From Lenisia limosa (lineage: Eukaryota > Protista > Breviatea): a DNA stretch of 64,000 nucleotides. The translations under genes and the position numbers were made by a program. The notes beneath the pieces are model-generated. The model saw only the letters and a program-made list of their open reading frames with translations. It was not told the origin of the DNA and made no database searches. Position 1 is the stretch's first letter. Each line of letters starts with the position of its first letter. Below are positions 13,374 through 26,070 of this stretch, one piece after another. The DNA is taken from positions 1 through 64,000 of the forward strand of contig LPNZ01009878.1 of assembly GCA_001655205.1 (NCBI GenBank), given 5' to 3'.

Positions 13374-15749
13374 TTAGTAAACAGCGGCGTTGTATCCAGG
13401 AGCTGGGGAGGGTGCTTCGAATTGCATAAGATCCCCTGATGGAGTTGTTGACTGAGGCTATGAAGGTCAATTTGAGAGAGTACATAATGTACAAAGAGGT
13501 GAAAAAAAAAAAAAGATAGCCTCTCACTTGATAGCCAGATTGTCTTTGGTGAACTTCCCTTTGCTCGTGCCTCTCAAGGTTTCTCATTTCCTCCTGGCTG
13601 TCTGAGGCTTGCTGTGGGGTGAGAATACTGCTCCAAGTGTCTAAAACGATACAACAGAGCACATCACACCTTTCCTTTTGTTTTGATAGCTTCACGCTCA
13701 GTGATAAGGGACTGCTTCTTTGCCTGGGTGGTATAAATGGCAACTCTTAACCAGAAAGGAGAAAATCGCCTCGTGATATCCCACCTGCAGTTCATTTGCT
13801 CCGTTTGTCAGCTTCTGAGTATCTTCTAATGAAACAAACTACAACGTTAGCAATTCGATCGCTCATAAATATGGCTGTTACTGATCAATGATTTCTCTTC
13901 AGTTGAACCTGAAATTATTTTGGAAACATGGTCGCTCACAGAAGTTGTCATCACTGGGTGAGAAGTGTACTTGGCCGTGGGGTCAATGGGAGAATCGGAA
14001 GGCTGAATCATGAGTACAAACAAATGCGCAAGCACGTGACAGAACAACAGTCAACTCCTCACCACAATGAGCGCTTGGATCTCATCTGGGAACCTGGCGG
14101 ACACGGAACGGATCCGCGGGTAGTTGTTAGTGGGCGTGTACGTCACTTTAGCTGTTCGTGTTAGAAATGCTGCCCATGTTTACGATAATGAAAAAGCAGA
14201 AATGCTAATTGCCTCCATTACTCTCACGTTTCCTTGGAGGTGGCTTTGAAGCTTCATATGACTGGCGATAAGGGGGTGATGCATGGGCCGGAGAAGTGCC
14301 TGGATGTTAAATCTTTATTCATGTTTCAATAAGCTAATTCCTAATGTTATCGAGTCAAATTTTCATTTCAGCCTACTGTTTGATGGTGGAGGGGGGCTCG
14401 GATCGGAGTAAACAGGGCGAGCTGCAGGGGGAGGAGAGGGCTGAAGGGTCATCCATAACTTTTTTTAAAAAAAGCTAGAATATGGGTCATATCTGAAGTT
14501 TTACATTGTAAAAAAAGTCTTCTTTTAAACAACTCATGATCATGAAAAAAGACTTCTTTTCAACAACTCATGATCATGAAAAGACTATCCCAATCACGTT
14601 TGGATTATTAAAACATATAAATCCTCACATACTCTCTGCTGGGCTGGTGGTGGGGAGGTGTAATTGTTATAGTTGGGCTGGGCTGGGCGCTGGTAGGGGG
14701 GAGGACCTTGGGGTTGCTAAAAGGGCCATGAACTAGATGGAAATGATAGCCCTATGTTCTTGGTTTGTTATTGCTTTGCTAGTAAGAAGCAGCGCTTACA
14801 TTGTTGTATCCAGGAGAAGGGTTCTGATAAGGTCGGGGTGGTGCCTGATGGNNNNNNNNNNNNNNNNNNNNNNNNNNNNNNNNNNNNNNNNNNNNNNNNN
14901 NNNNNNNNNNNNNNNNNNNNNNNNNNNNNNNNNNNNNNNNNNNNNNNNNNNNNNNNNNNNNNNNNNNNNNNNNNNNNCTAAGAATACAGTTTATAAATAG
15001 AAAAGATTTTTTAATCATAATACTAATTCAACCACAATTTCTCATCTGAATACCCTGAAAGTCCAAGTCAAAAGGAACAATCATTATTCTTCATTCATAC
15101 CTGAGACGGTCCTGTGTAAGGAGGGGGCTGTTGGTATCCACCTCTTTGCTGTTGCTACAACAGTGTTAAACCAATAAATAAAACAAAAGAGAGATAATGG
15201 AAGGCGTAAGGGACGTTCAGAAAAGTTGTCTAAGAGAAACAATCGAAGCTCTACTTACAGGAGGGTAGTTCTGATAGTTTGGCTGTGCCCCATAGTTCTG
15301 ATTCGGGTAATAACCTGGAGTCGGTCAAACTATCTCACCTAAGAGAGCTTACCTGAGGACATCTTTACTATTACCTACTCTATTCCTCTCTCTTCTAATT
15401 GTTTGTAATATATATATATATATATACTATACCAATAATATTAGACCAATAGACCAAATCAAGAAAATGATTTGAGTTTGGTCTAACCGGTATAATTGGA
15501 CCAGGATGGATGGTCTTTCGGATCTCGGATTTGGCAAAGTGTAGCTGGCGCAACTCAGCAAAAACTGTTCACAAACTGTTTTATTGAATTACTAATGATG
15601 ATTTTCAATGAATTGGAAAGTGGCACCTTGTTGGGTGTGATGAAACTAGGAATATATCATCAGTGATGAGCCCTGAAAGTAAAACTGAAGAAAAAATCCA
15701 TTGAACCTATATTCCATAGTCGGCGATTCTTTTCGACCTTTTTGGCAGA
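13374..15749 (-). CDS. Hypothetical Pro/Tyr/Gln-rich protein (5' end probably in the N gap; C-terminal frame unresolved)
   Basis: Exons PGYYPNQNYGAQPNYQNYPP, QQQRGGYQQPPPY, HQAPPRPYQNPSPGYNN, ..RFPDEIQALIV, and last exon ..PSPAPGYNAAVY*. Confidence 0.45.
14511..14586. repeat. 34-bp intronic tandem duplication
   Basis: aaaaaagtcttcttttaaacaactcatgatcatg followed by aaaaaagacttcttttcaacaactcatgatcatg. Confidence 0.9.
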
Positions 15750-15915
15750 NNNNNNNNNNNNNNNNNNNNNNNNNNNNNNNNNNNNNNNNNNNNNNNNNNN
15801 NNNNNNNNNNNNNNNNNNNNNNNNNNNNNNNNNNNNNNNNNNNNNNNNNNNNNNNNNNNNNNNNNNNNNNNNNNNNNNNNNNNNNNNNNNNNNNNNNNNN
15901 NNNNNNNNNNNNNNN

Positions 15916-18900
15916 CGCCCCTTGAATTCGCGGACTGATGGAAGCCTTTTGAGATTGGAGGCCTTCGAGTGGATACCAATGCATATCTAAACAATAAGGA
16001 GATGTTTTTGCATGGTACAAAGAGAGGTTCAACAAGGACCCTACCGAAAGTTTGTGGAGCATTGACGCGAAGACATTCACCGCGTCTTCGTCAGTTTTAA
16101 CATTCGATGGCACCACTCGGTTCACTTCGTTGAGCATTTGCTGAGGAAGTAAGAAGAAAATTGTGGATGCACTACAATTGCGATGGGACATCCTGTGCCC
16201 ACCATCAGGGAGGGGTCAGACTCGTCAGAATTGAGAACCTTAAATACAGGAGGAAGAAGAGGGTACGCTGAGTTGACCTCACAACCACATTTCAAGCTAG
16301 CACCTAGACGGGGTGAGCAAAAGAGAAGCACAAGTTTACATAATATCACATATGATACTACGTAGATGTGAAAGAAAGCAACAAATGAGAAGGGGTTTTC
16401 GTCAACCTTTGTAGGTAACCCCAATACACCCTACTTACTGTTACCACGGTCGAACTTGATAATGAAGTAGGAGGACTTTGAGCGGAAAGGGAGGTTCACA
16501 TCCTGAAGTGTGAATATCTTATAAGCATGAATTCAACTATTGATGATTTACATTACACACGAAAGAAATCCGTCAAACCTTGCAGTCTTTGCTAGTTGCT
16601 GAATGGAACTTTGTAATCTTTCTGGGGGGCTGGATGGAGAACCCCTTCAGTCCAAAGACTCCACCTTAACTGTGAATCGAAAATACACAATATCTTTGTG
16701 AAACCACTCCAATATGTCCAGTGTAATCTGTCATCAACATTGCTCACGTTTAATGTCACTGATGGTGCTGGCCAAAGATTGGCGACCGCGAAGTCTCAAA
16801 TAAATGCGGTAGAGAATCTTTTCAACATCATGGTTCATCGCATCACTAAAGCTTTAATAACGTACAATGTGCCATTTTTTCAACAAAGTAATGCATCCCC
16901 TTACGTTTCAGCCATCTTCCCGTCTTCCGGCGCCACGTCACAGCCACAGAGCCACTGAGCCCATCTATAGGCCCGACAACGGCGTTTGGAGAAAGACGGA
17001 CGACTGGAGGGTAGGTTACACTCTGATAGGGGCTTCGTGTCACAAGATGAATAGGTAACAAATGCAATATGAGGTGACTCACAAGATGAATAGCAGGTGA
17101 CAAATGCAATATGAGGTGACGGAAGACCCACCAAATCTGGTCATTAAAGGCGACCGGGGCATTGGGGACAAGCCCGTCGTCTCCAGGAAAGAGGTTCAAA
17201 AGGTTATTGGCTGCAGACAGCAATCCGCCTGAGGAGTAAACCCACAAAAATTGAATTTTGAAACTTTAACCCTTGATATTCCAACGTACTCGGCAGTTCG
17301 TCACTTCCACTAAACGACATTGATGATGTGGCAGCAACAATTTTCAGGTTAGGAATATACGTTAAGTCAACCTGAAGTGGTCATAGAAGTGCTTGAGTGA
17401 CGAAAAAAACCCAAAACCTCGCGTACTATGATAACCGCCTGTTGCACCGAAAGTTTGACTCGGAGCTCAACCGGGTGTGTCTCGAAATATTTCTCCTTGA
17501 TCATAAGATCGTGTGTGGGGAGGGGGGGGGTATAATTGGAAAACTTATGAAACAAAAAACACCCCAAATCAACTCTGTTGGCTAGCAATACACGAGGGTT
17601 GAGAACAACAAAAAAAAAAAGCCCAGGCCAGTCGCNNNNNNNNNNNNNNNNNNNNNNNNNNNNNNNNNNNNNNNNNNNNNNNNNNNNNNNNNNCCGCTTA
17701 GAAAACAAAAAAAAAGGCCCCCCGGTGGGGGGGGGGGAGGACTCAATCAGCCCATAACTAGTAAGTCACAGCCAAGAAACACATGCCAAAGCTCACGGGT
17801 AACATTTGTTCGACGTTGGCAACGCCGGGTGCCGGGGTGGCCGGCTTGGTTTCAGCGTCAGACTCCTCTGCGCCGCTATAGTCCACTTCGTCTTCTTCCA
17901 TGTCCTGAAGCGTAAGCTCGCGATGAGTGTTATTGTCCACGGACCTCCGGAATCATTGCATCAGGGTCTTTCTCCGATACTGCTGAAGCTGATTCGGGCT
18001 CTGAGTCCTTGTATCTCAGAATGAAGTCCTACATCATGATTTCCAGCCAGTAACTGCTTCACACCACACGACAGCCAACCTGAGTTAGCTTCTCGAGGTT
18101 CTGCTGTCTCAACTCATCCGCTTCATTGGGCTTATCAGCAGATAGCGTGGATTCGACAATTTCCATAGTTAGGCCTTCGGTTGCGTACGCTTCATAACGT
18201 CAATAGATAGAGAACAATCCCCAAATGGACAGTCAACAAACCTCGTTTGTAACTGTAGAGTCTCTGGTATGCAGTGTAAAGTGGGGGAGGAAGCTTCTTC
18301 AGCTTTTCCGAGATCTGAAAGTTGTGAAAGTCATAGAGAGAAAATAGCCGGTAAATATCAGGCCGTTGGTACCCTCATAGTGAGAGGGCCATCTTTTGTC
18401 TCAACTCAGCGAATGACACTGTATTATTTGATGAAAAATACAAATTGGTTATGCAGAACACACGATAGTAAAATACCTCTTCATTTGAATTAGTGTCAAA
18501 GATATCACTCAAGGGGTCAGCAGCCTGGGGGGGGGGGGTCACAACCAGTTGAGAGAAATGTGANNNNNNNNNNNNNNNNNNNNNNNNNNNNNNNNNNNNN
18601 NNNNNNNNNNNNNNNNNNNNNNNNACAAGAATCTAAGTAAAAAGCATTCACAAGAAACCAAGTATAAAGCATACCTTCTTAATTTGGCTGAGATGTTTGC
18701 TGACAAACTCAAGACGCTTCTTCTTCTCCTCGAGAACCTACACTATTGATCCTGTTCAAAACTCTTCATTATGACGCGGTTTCAAAATTGATCGATTAAA
18801 AAGCCTATTCCACAAAAGCCCTACCTTCCTGAGAAGTGCCACTTGCTCCTCCTGTGCATTGAGCCTCTCAGTCCAGCTGAATGTTAAGTTATCTTCATAA

Positions 18901-19843
18901 TGACTCAGATGGAAAGAAAAAAGCAGAAAACCGTAAGGAAAATTATCTTTTTACATTTCTTCCTACATTTTGCGCTCTTGCAATTCATGACAGAGCATTT
19001 TAATGTGAACCTGGTCTTCAGTATCTTCAGGATGAGGCTAGAGAAAAAGTGAGACAAAGAAAAGATATCGGTGACGCTCACAAACTAAGTCCTGACACAA
19101 ATATCCATGAACCTTATTCACAACACCACACTCACTTTAAGATCCTCCGGTGCCTGACTTTCGAAATCTTCGGCAGAAACTCCAATCTCATCAAGAGGGC
19201 TGAGCAAGTTATGTCATAAACGAAATCCGTAACATGGCAAAGTTCAACTATACTCCTCCTCAAATCCAATTTCGCCTCAACTCAATGAAAGGTAACTCAC
19301 AATTTTTTCTTTAGCTTTTCAATTTCACGTCTGACATATTCAGCCTCCATTGCAGAAGGGCAGTTGGAGATCAAATGATGCATCTTGTTATCAATGGCGG
19401 TGAAGGTATTCAGTGCCTGAAATTGCGGTTATTATAATAAAACACGTTAAATGAGGGAGTAGAAGAGCTTTGAAAGAGCATACCGATACCCAGTGAGATT
19501 CCATCTGTTTAGCTGTGTACTCAACAGCAGCGGTAGCAGCAATAAAATCACTATCCCAAGCAGGTGGACCAGCTCCTTCCTGAAAAAAGGGTTTAGTTAT
19601 TCAGAACAAAGCGGGAATTACCGTTTTAGAGCGTTTTTCTTCTTCAAGAATGATAGGATACGCCTCTTCGATAACTTGGCGATATCTAACAGAGAGCTTT
19701 TCCGCTGATTCGAGCTTGGCCTCAAAGTTAAGAGCTTCAATCTCCTCTTCAGCGACACCATGTTCTCTAAAATAATCCAATATCTGACTAGCGGACATTG
19801 TCAGTGACCCGTTGGTCCCAACACTCCCTTCTTCAACTTCCAT
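15916..19843 (-). CDS. THOC5: THO complex subunit 5 (3' end runs into an N gap)
   Basis: Spliced segments match THOC5/FMIP motifs: VSAEDFESQAPEDL, HIKMLCHELQERK, LPPPLYTAY, LLNLFPGDDG, AYRWAQWLCG, GASLKCGCEVNSAYPLLPPVFKV, QMLNEVN, REFKGR. Confidence 0.85.
17040..17120. repeat. ~39-bp intronic tandem duplication in THOC5
   Basis: Copies start at 17040 and 17079. The second has a 3-nt insertion. Confidence 0.9.
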
Positions 19844-20055
19844 TTGAACACCTAAGTTATAATACTACAAGCGCTTCAACTGTACTATAGTAAACTTAGA
19901 AATAAACTCTCTTCGCACAAAATTTACAGTGGGTAAAAAAGCAAAAAAAAGAAAACAAACAAATGATTGATTACTTTGGATTACTCACAAGGTCCGCGCG
20001 CGCGAAACGTTTTGCAGCACAGCCTTTTTTATCTAAGTGAAATTTGAGGGAAATA

Positions 20056-21757
20056 ATGGTGAATCTGAGCATAATAATGTCGCTTCTGGTTGGTCTTCTG
20101 GCCTCGTTTGCTATGGCTGAGCAAGAATCTGAAGGTAGAGCCCCCCTTTGTGTACTCTGATTAACTCTTTTGCAGTCTTTACTTTCTTTGGCATCCTTAC
20201 TCCACACTGTGCCCAAGAATTCCTCGTTAACTTCAATTTCTTTGGTCGGATTTGTGTTTTCACACTCAAGTTTTTGCTTTGAATTTACCAAGCTTGAATA
20301 AAGAATAATAATAATAATATATATATCGCAGCAACAGCAGCAACACCCCTTCAAAATAATCCGGTGCACTTGTTTTCAGTCCTCTAGTAATTTGTCTCAT
20401 CATATTCAGACGTTCCATGCCTCAAGAAAACCATCTCTACCGGTCTGAGTATTGGAATGGTCGTTGGCGGTTCCATCGTCAAGCTTCCTCAGGTCTTCAA
20501 AATCATGAAGGTATTCATTGGTGTTCCTCTATTCTCTTTGATTTCAGTTCTGTTGTGTCAATTTGTTCACAGTTCAGGCTGAGTCAGTTGAGGGCCTTTC
20601 CCCATCAATGTTTATCCTTGAGATGTTCGGGTATGCTATGGCTGGTAACTTTTCGATTTTCACAGATCTAAAGATTTTTATGATCCACTGTATAATTAGC
20701 TTCTATTAAAAGCATTGTTTTCTTGGGTTTAACATTTTCTGTTAACCACACAGATACCTCATTTCTTCTCTATATTGTGCTCTCCAAGGATTCCCCTTCA
20801 TCACTTATGGAGAGGTGGCCCTTATTGGTGTTCAGAGTGAGTGGAGTGCGCAAATCACCATGACTTTTCAGACCAAAGTGAATCCTCTTACCAGAGTCAA
20901 TTAGTTTGCTGACTTTTTAGGTGTTATTATTTTCTTCCTGTTCCACAAATATAGTGGTATTTCATCTGCCAACTTCTCCCTGATCTTTATGCTGTAAGCT
21001 GGTGCCAAGGATTAAGAATGAGATCGACCCTATTTTAGCCCCTCACACATTTCAGTCTTGTTACCATCACTGCGGTTATGGGTGGCGGATACCTTTCAAG
21101 CGATATCGTCACAGTGCTTCAGGTAGGTTATTTCCAGAATATATCCTTGTTATCATACTATTGCTCGTCATATCATAAGATGACCTTGGCGGTTTTTCTA
21201 ATGATGCTGTGCAGGCTGCCACTATCCCCATTTTCGCCATCTCCAAGATCCCTCAGATCATTTCCAACCTTATGGTAAGCAGAATAATCGGATAGTGTGA
21301 AAAAAGAGGCGGAAGGTGTGGAGTTTATGTTTTAGAACTCTTCTACTGGCCAGCTTTCCTTCATCACTTGCTTCCTTAACTTTGCTGGTAACTCAGGTCA
21401 GATTGGGGGTTTAAAATGGCTTTTTGTATCCCTTTTTCTTCTGTTTCTCACTCTTTAGCCCGCATTTTCACCACTATTCAAGACGTGGACGACCCCGTTG
21501 GTAAGTAGAAATGAGGCTGCTTCTTTTTTTGTTGAGCACTGCATTTTTTACTCGTTCCAGTTCTTGCTGGACACGTGACAACCGCTATCCTCAATGGTAT
21601 TCTCTTCGCTCAGGTTGGCTTTTTTTGGATGAAAATGTCCTTCTCCATGCTCCTTAACTCTTAAATATCCAGGTTTTTTACTACATGCTCCTTAACTCTT
21701 AATATCCAGGTTATTTACTACTGGAACTCTGCAATCAATGCAAAGAAGACCAATTAA
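20056..21757 (+). CDS. MPDU1: Mannose-P-dolichol utilisation defect 1 (PQ-loop protein)
   Basis: VPCLKKTISTGLSIGMVVGGSIVKLPQVFKI, ISKIPQI, NSSTGQLSFIT, ARIFTTIQD, VIYYWN. All exons join in frame. Confidence 0.92.
21646..21721. repeat. ~38-bp tandem duplication spanning the last splice acceptor of MPDU1
   Basis: catgctccttaactcttaaatatccaggttttttacta followed by catgctccttaactcttaatatccaggttatttactac. Confidence 0.95.
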
Positions 21758-21925
21758 ATGGTATCTTGTTTTTTCCCAACTATTTGAAATGGAACTAATG
21801 TTTATTTTTCAAATTAATCTTATAACCAAAATTTGAATCGTACATGATACATTAAATAAGACATTAATTAAATAAAACCTTCACACCAAGGCATAAGAAA
21901 TACACTAGATCAGTGAAAAGACCGT

Positions 21926-22591
21926 TTATGCTGTTTTCCACAAGTTAATAATTGACTCTTCCAAAACAGTCTCCACTTTAATATCGCCTAAAGCCGAATG
22001 CAGGAATACGGCCAGCTGGTGTTTACACTAATCCGTTAATTATTATATCATATCAAAGACCAACTTCTTAATTCCCCAACCCTCAATACCATTTTATCTC
22101 TCTTGCTAAAGTTAAACGCGGGACATGAACACCATGTGTCAGTTGTAAGGTAAGAGTCTTTACTAGAACCTTTGACCTAGAAACTATGAGAAAATTTTCA
22201 CTCCTGCAAATCTGTAGACAGAGAATCGTACCTACTCACCAAGTATCAGGTATTTGGGTTCAAAATTACTGTCTGCTTACCATATAAATGACACGTCCGG
22301 TCTTTGATGATATCTCTAAAAACAATAAATGAAGGCATATAAAATTAAGTGAGCATTTTTAAATCCAACTTGAGGTTATTTAACCAACTTACTTTTGGTT
22401 GCCATATTTCTGTCAATAATGTCCAGCGCTGAAAAGATGTTCTCAGGGAATATCGAGTGTAGAATTTGGAGGTGGATATCAGTCACTGAAGGTTAAAATC
22501 TACTTGAACTTTGTCAACAAAACACTCAAATTACCAGCAGCTCACTTTGTTTTGATTCACTGATGTTTTTCAGTACTGCCTCAAAATACAT
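21926..22591 (-). CDS. ZSWIM7: SWIM zinc-finger protein 7 / SWS1 (Shu complex)
   Basis: HLQILHSIFPENIFSALDIIDR, ISSKTGRVIYM, VKGSS, WCSCPAF, CKHQLAVFL (CxC...CxH SWIM motif). Start codon uncertain. Confidence 0.85.
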
Positions 22592-22995
22592 TACTGGTGT
22601 GTGCAGAGGCTGAAAAGGTTGGCTAACATTTCTCTGGGAGTTGAAAAAACCAAAGGAGTTCTTCATTTGGGTACAACAACAATATTTCAATGAAGGAAGG
22701 TGAGATTGCTATCTAGCAGACACGACAGGAAAAAACACAATAAAAGCACTGCCAGGCAGATTCCCCAAAGATGTAAAACTAAAATTTCATTCAGAGGATT
22801 AGACTGGATTACATTATTAGGCAGCAGGGGTGGGGGTGTAGAGAGGCAGGCAGCAGCCTCAGGGAACGGCAGCTAGTTATATACACACTGGTACAAATAG
22901 CAACTATATAAAATTAATCAGCGCTCTGGCTGCCAGCTGGCTGCTATTTCACTGCTATTTGTATTTGGGGAGTATTTGGGTAGAAGACAGACATA

Positions 22996-25766
22996 ATGCC
23001 ACGGCCTCGATCAGGAAAACGCAAATCCACAAAAAAAAGACGGGCGACTACCTCCTCCCAGGCCTCTCTTGCTCCCCTCCCAACCACAGTTCCACAAATC
23101 AATGACCAAATGTGAGTTTTAAAGTGAAATATTCCTCACCAACGCAGTCAAAAGCTTGAAGTCCAAAGGGCACTTCATGTCTCGGCCGGCTCCTATCTTG
23201 AGGCTGGCAAGGCAGACTCTTTGATTGCGCAGCTTCAAAAAAGGTAAAGAAGTAGAGTTATGGATTTTGTAATTATAAATGGGATATCTCAACTCTCAAC
23301 TCTCATTCAAAATTTCTATCATGTATAACAAACACTATTCTATGTTCTATATAAATCACATCGAACAAAACTGAGGGCGCTTCTCCTAACCTCACTGGCC
23401 TCATAGACCAGGGGATTTTCCATTTGGGTCCCAGTCCTACTATTGAGCCACTTATAATTCGTCACTTTTGGACGTTATCAATATTTACGATATATCAATT
23501 ATTACTCTCTTCTCTGGCACGGATTTACCTGGGTTATGTCTTTGTTCCTTATTCATAAATCAAATCCTTGTTTATGTTGGGGAGGCACATAGAAAGGCTG
23601 GTGTGCACAGAGTTGTAAAGCAAATGATTGGTGAATTATTATTTTATTCCACTATAATCCCCGATGACACTGAAATTGAGCTTCAATATATTTTGTTTTT
23701 TGTTTTTACTCATCAAGAAAATCGCGGCTGGAAGAGACGGTTATCAGTCAATCACAGCACTCAGAGCGCCAGGGGCTCTCAAATGCAGAGTTCAAGAAGC
23801 ACGAAGATCACAAAGCCAAGTATGGGCTTGGACCAGAGGGGACAGTATTTAAAGTCAGTTTCTAATTATTAGGTGGGTGCAGAAGATGAGAAGCGAAGAG
23901 CGGATTTTCTCGCGGCAAGAACATGAATTGACGGTAAGAGATGGTTCGTCCAAAGCAAAGCAGCTGCTATAAGGTGTTTTGACTTTTTAGTCAAAACATG
24001 AAGATGACCTCTTCAAGTTTGACAAAGATGCTGAAGATATTATTCTCGAAAATCGAGTACGTTGGATTCATTCAGTAAATTAGGCAAAATCATCAAAACG
24101 AGCTTTTATTTTTTGGCAACCCTAACTATCTATTTCACCGAGTTGGAAGGCAAATGATTGGGGAGGACTATAATTAGTAGAGGTGCAATTAATTATTGAA
24201 AAAATAATTGCCCAATTTGAAGTGAGACCTATTATCATGGGAACTCCATTTCAGACTTTAATTTTAAATTTTGTCAATTAATTTCTTCAAGAATTAATTG
24301 CACAGTATCATAATAATTAGTATTTCTTATAAATGTGTTATTTTGGACGACTTTGGTCTCATACTTCTTTGTCATTCATTCCTCTACATACTAATATATC
24401 ATAGTATATCGATATGTAGTATATATATCATATCATATATAATATCTTATACTATAATATGACTATTCTTATATTCTTAAATTAGGTCATATTTGACTTC
24501 CTAAAGGTGCCCTACTCCAAGGAACTTCTCAACTTGAGGAAAATTGAGGAAACAATGGTTCGAAAAAGAAGGTTAGTTGAAAGGAATTTTATCGCCAAAT
24601 CACCTCATCTTTTCTTTTTTTTCTTGGTGTTTTGAGAAAAATAATGGAACTTATTATTGAACCTGGTTCTTACTCAACTAGATTTGAGGATGCGCACAAT
24701 ATCAAGCTGCAAGCTGATGCTCTGGTCTGTGTCGTAACTTTTTTTTGTTGATTATTTGTATACTGTACCGTTTACAACCTTCAATAAGAATAAAAGCATC
24801 ATCTCACTTACCAGGCCATTCAAGAGGAACAAACTGCTCATCGAAAGCTTCAACAGAGTATTGATCAGAGGAAATCACAGCTGAAGAACAAACAAAGACA
24901 TGAGCATGAAGCATTGCGTCGAAGACAGGTACTTTGGTGCTTTAGTTTTATTTCGCATTTGGAGAAATTGCAAAAAAAAAAAAGACCAACTTTTTTAGTT
25001 CCGCAAAAGAGGAGAACTTGAGAAACAGCAGGCTCAAGAACTCGAACAGTAAGAAAAGGATTTGGTGCTTTCTGTGGTCTAAAATTATCATATTAAAATC
25101 TTTTCGTCCCAAGTGATTGTGTTCATTGATTCAATACTTAATTGTCATTAACAGACGTTCCCTTCATAATACAGAAACATTATATGAAACACCATCACCT
25201 CTCTTCAGGTTACAGAGACACTTCCACACCCTGAAGCATCAGGTTGTCATGGCTTTTGCTTCACAAAAGAGGAATGAAAGATTGTATGGACATGGCCAAG
25301 GCGCAACATCGTGAGTTTTCGAGCTTTCATTGAATGTAGACAGCAGTCCGCTTTCGAAATCTTTTTCTTATTTCATAATTGCCTTTGTTGAAACAGTTCC
25401 AATAGTAATGTACAATTCATTAGTGCCAACTGTGTAAGGGAATTAGGCTGTCATGTTGCATTCAATTTGACATAGTAGGGAGCTGAGAACATCACAGCGT
25501 CGCCCATGGTCCAGCCAACTCCCTCCTCTGGGTAGGGAAAGATTGCGGTTTTGAGTTAATTGAAATTTCCGTTCATAATTCAGGCTCTCCGCCCCGGGGA
25601 TCTGCAGCTTCTGCACCGTCACACAGAATGTAGTGTGACTGGTATGAGGGTCTCCTTTTTCTGTAGATTGATAATCACTCCGAAACAAATTGTTGCTCGT
25701 CATCGGCAAAGTGATTGTCCTTTCACTTTCTAGGTTGACGTTCGTTATTTAAGCCATTTGGCATAG
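22996..25766 (+). CDS. Uncharacterised coiled-coil protein resembling a family seen in ciliated or flagellated protists
   Basis: GSYLEAGKA, PYSKELLNLRKIEETM, FEDAHNIKLQADAL, KQRHEHEALRRRQ. 3' exons approximate. Confidence 0.6.
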
Positions 25767-26070
25767 TAGGGTTGTATTATGGTGAGAGGCCTGGCAATGC
25801 AGCTTCCCTGGGAATACTGGAGCTGGTACTAAGTACGGGTATTCAGTGAGAGTTGTCGAGGGCACAATTCATGTAGTATAACACGTTTTACTTGTCTCTC
25901 ATTGCAAAATTACTCATAAGGGTTATTCATGAAAATCCAAGTTGAAAAAACAACTTACTATTTTAATACTCCTAATGTACACATCATTAACACGTTAAAA
26001 TCGCCTATCTTGAATGGGAGCGACTGTCTCTTCTAAAGATGTCAAATAAGCAAGTTTGAAAGCCATGGAG

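Noticed and set aside
13560-13900. In-frame TGAs suggesting UGA recoding
   Set aside because: Conserved genes (RPL3, RPL18A, TTLL1, PKD2, MPDU1, RPT4) splice without internal stops, and TGA appears to terminate PKD2 and IPPK. Alternative splicing can avoid these TGAs.
17520-18560. Poly-G/poly-C runs next to N gaps (possible G-quadruplexes)
   Set aside because: Run lengths beside gaps are unreliable and more simply explained as sequencing drop-out points.
14400-19000. Gap-rich region first suspected to be a transposon
   Set aside because: It resolves into THOC5 and a PY-rich gene. No transposase, RT or integrase motifs were seen.
21650-21700. TCCTTAAC, a U12-type branch-point motif
   Set aside because: The donor is GTTGGC (U2-type). 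No GTATCCTT/ATATCCTT donor or AT-AC intron was found in any traced gene.
23400-23430. GGAAAATCCCCTGG (minus strand), resembling RNase MRP/P CR-I
   Set aside because: No complementary CR-V/P4 strand was found downstream.
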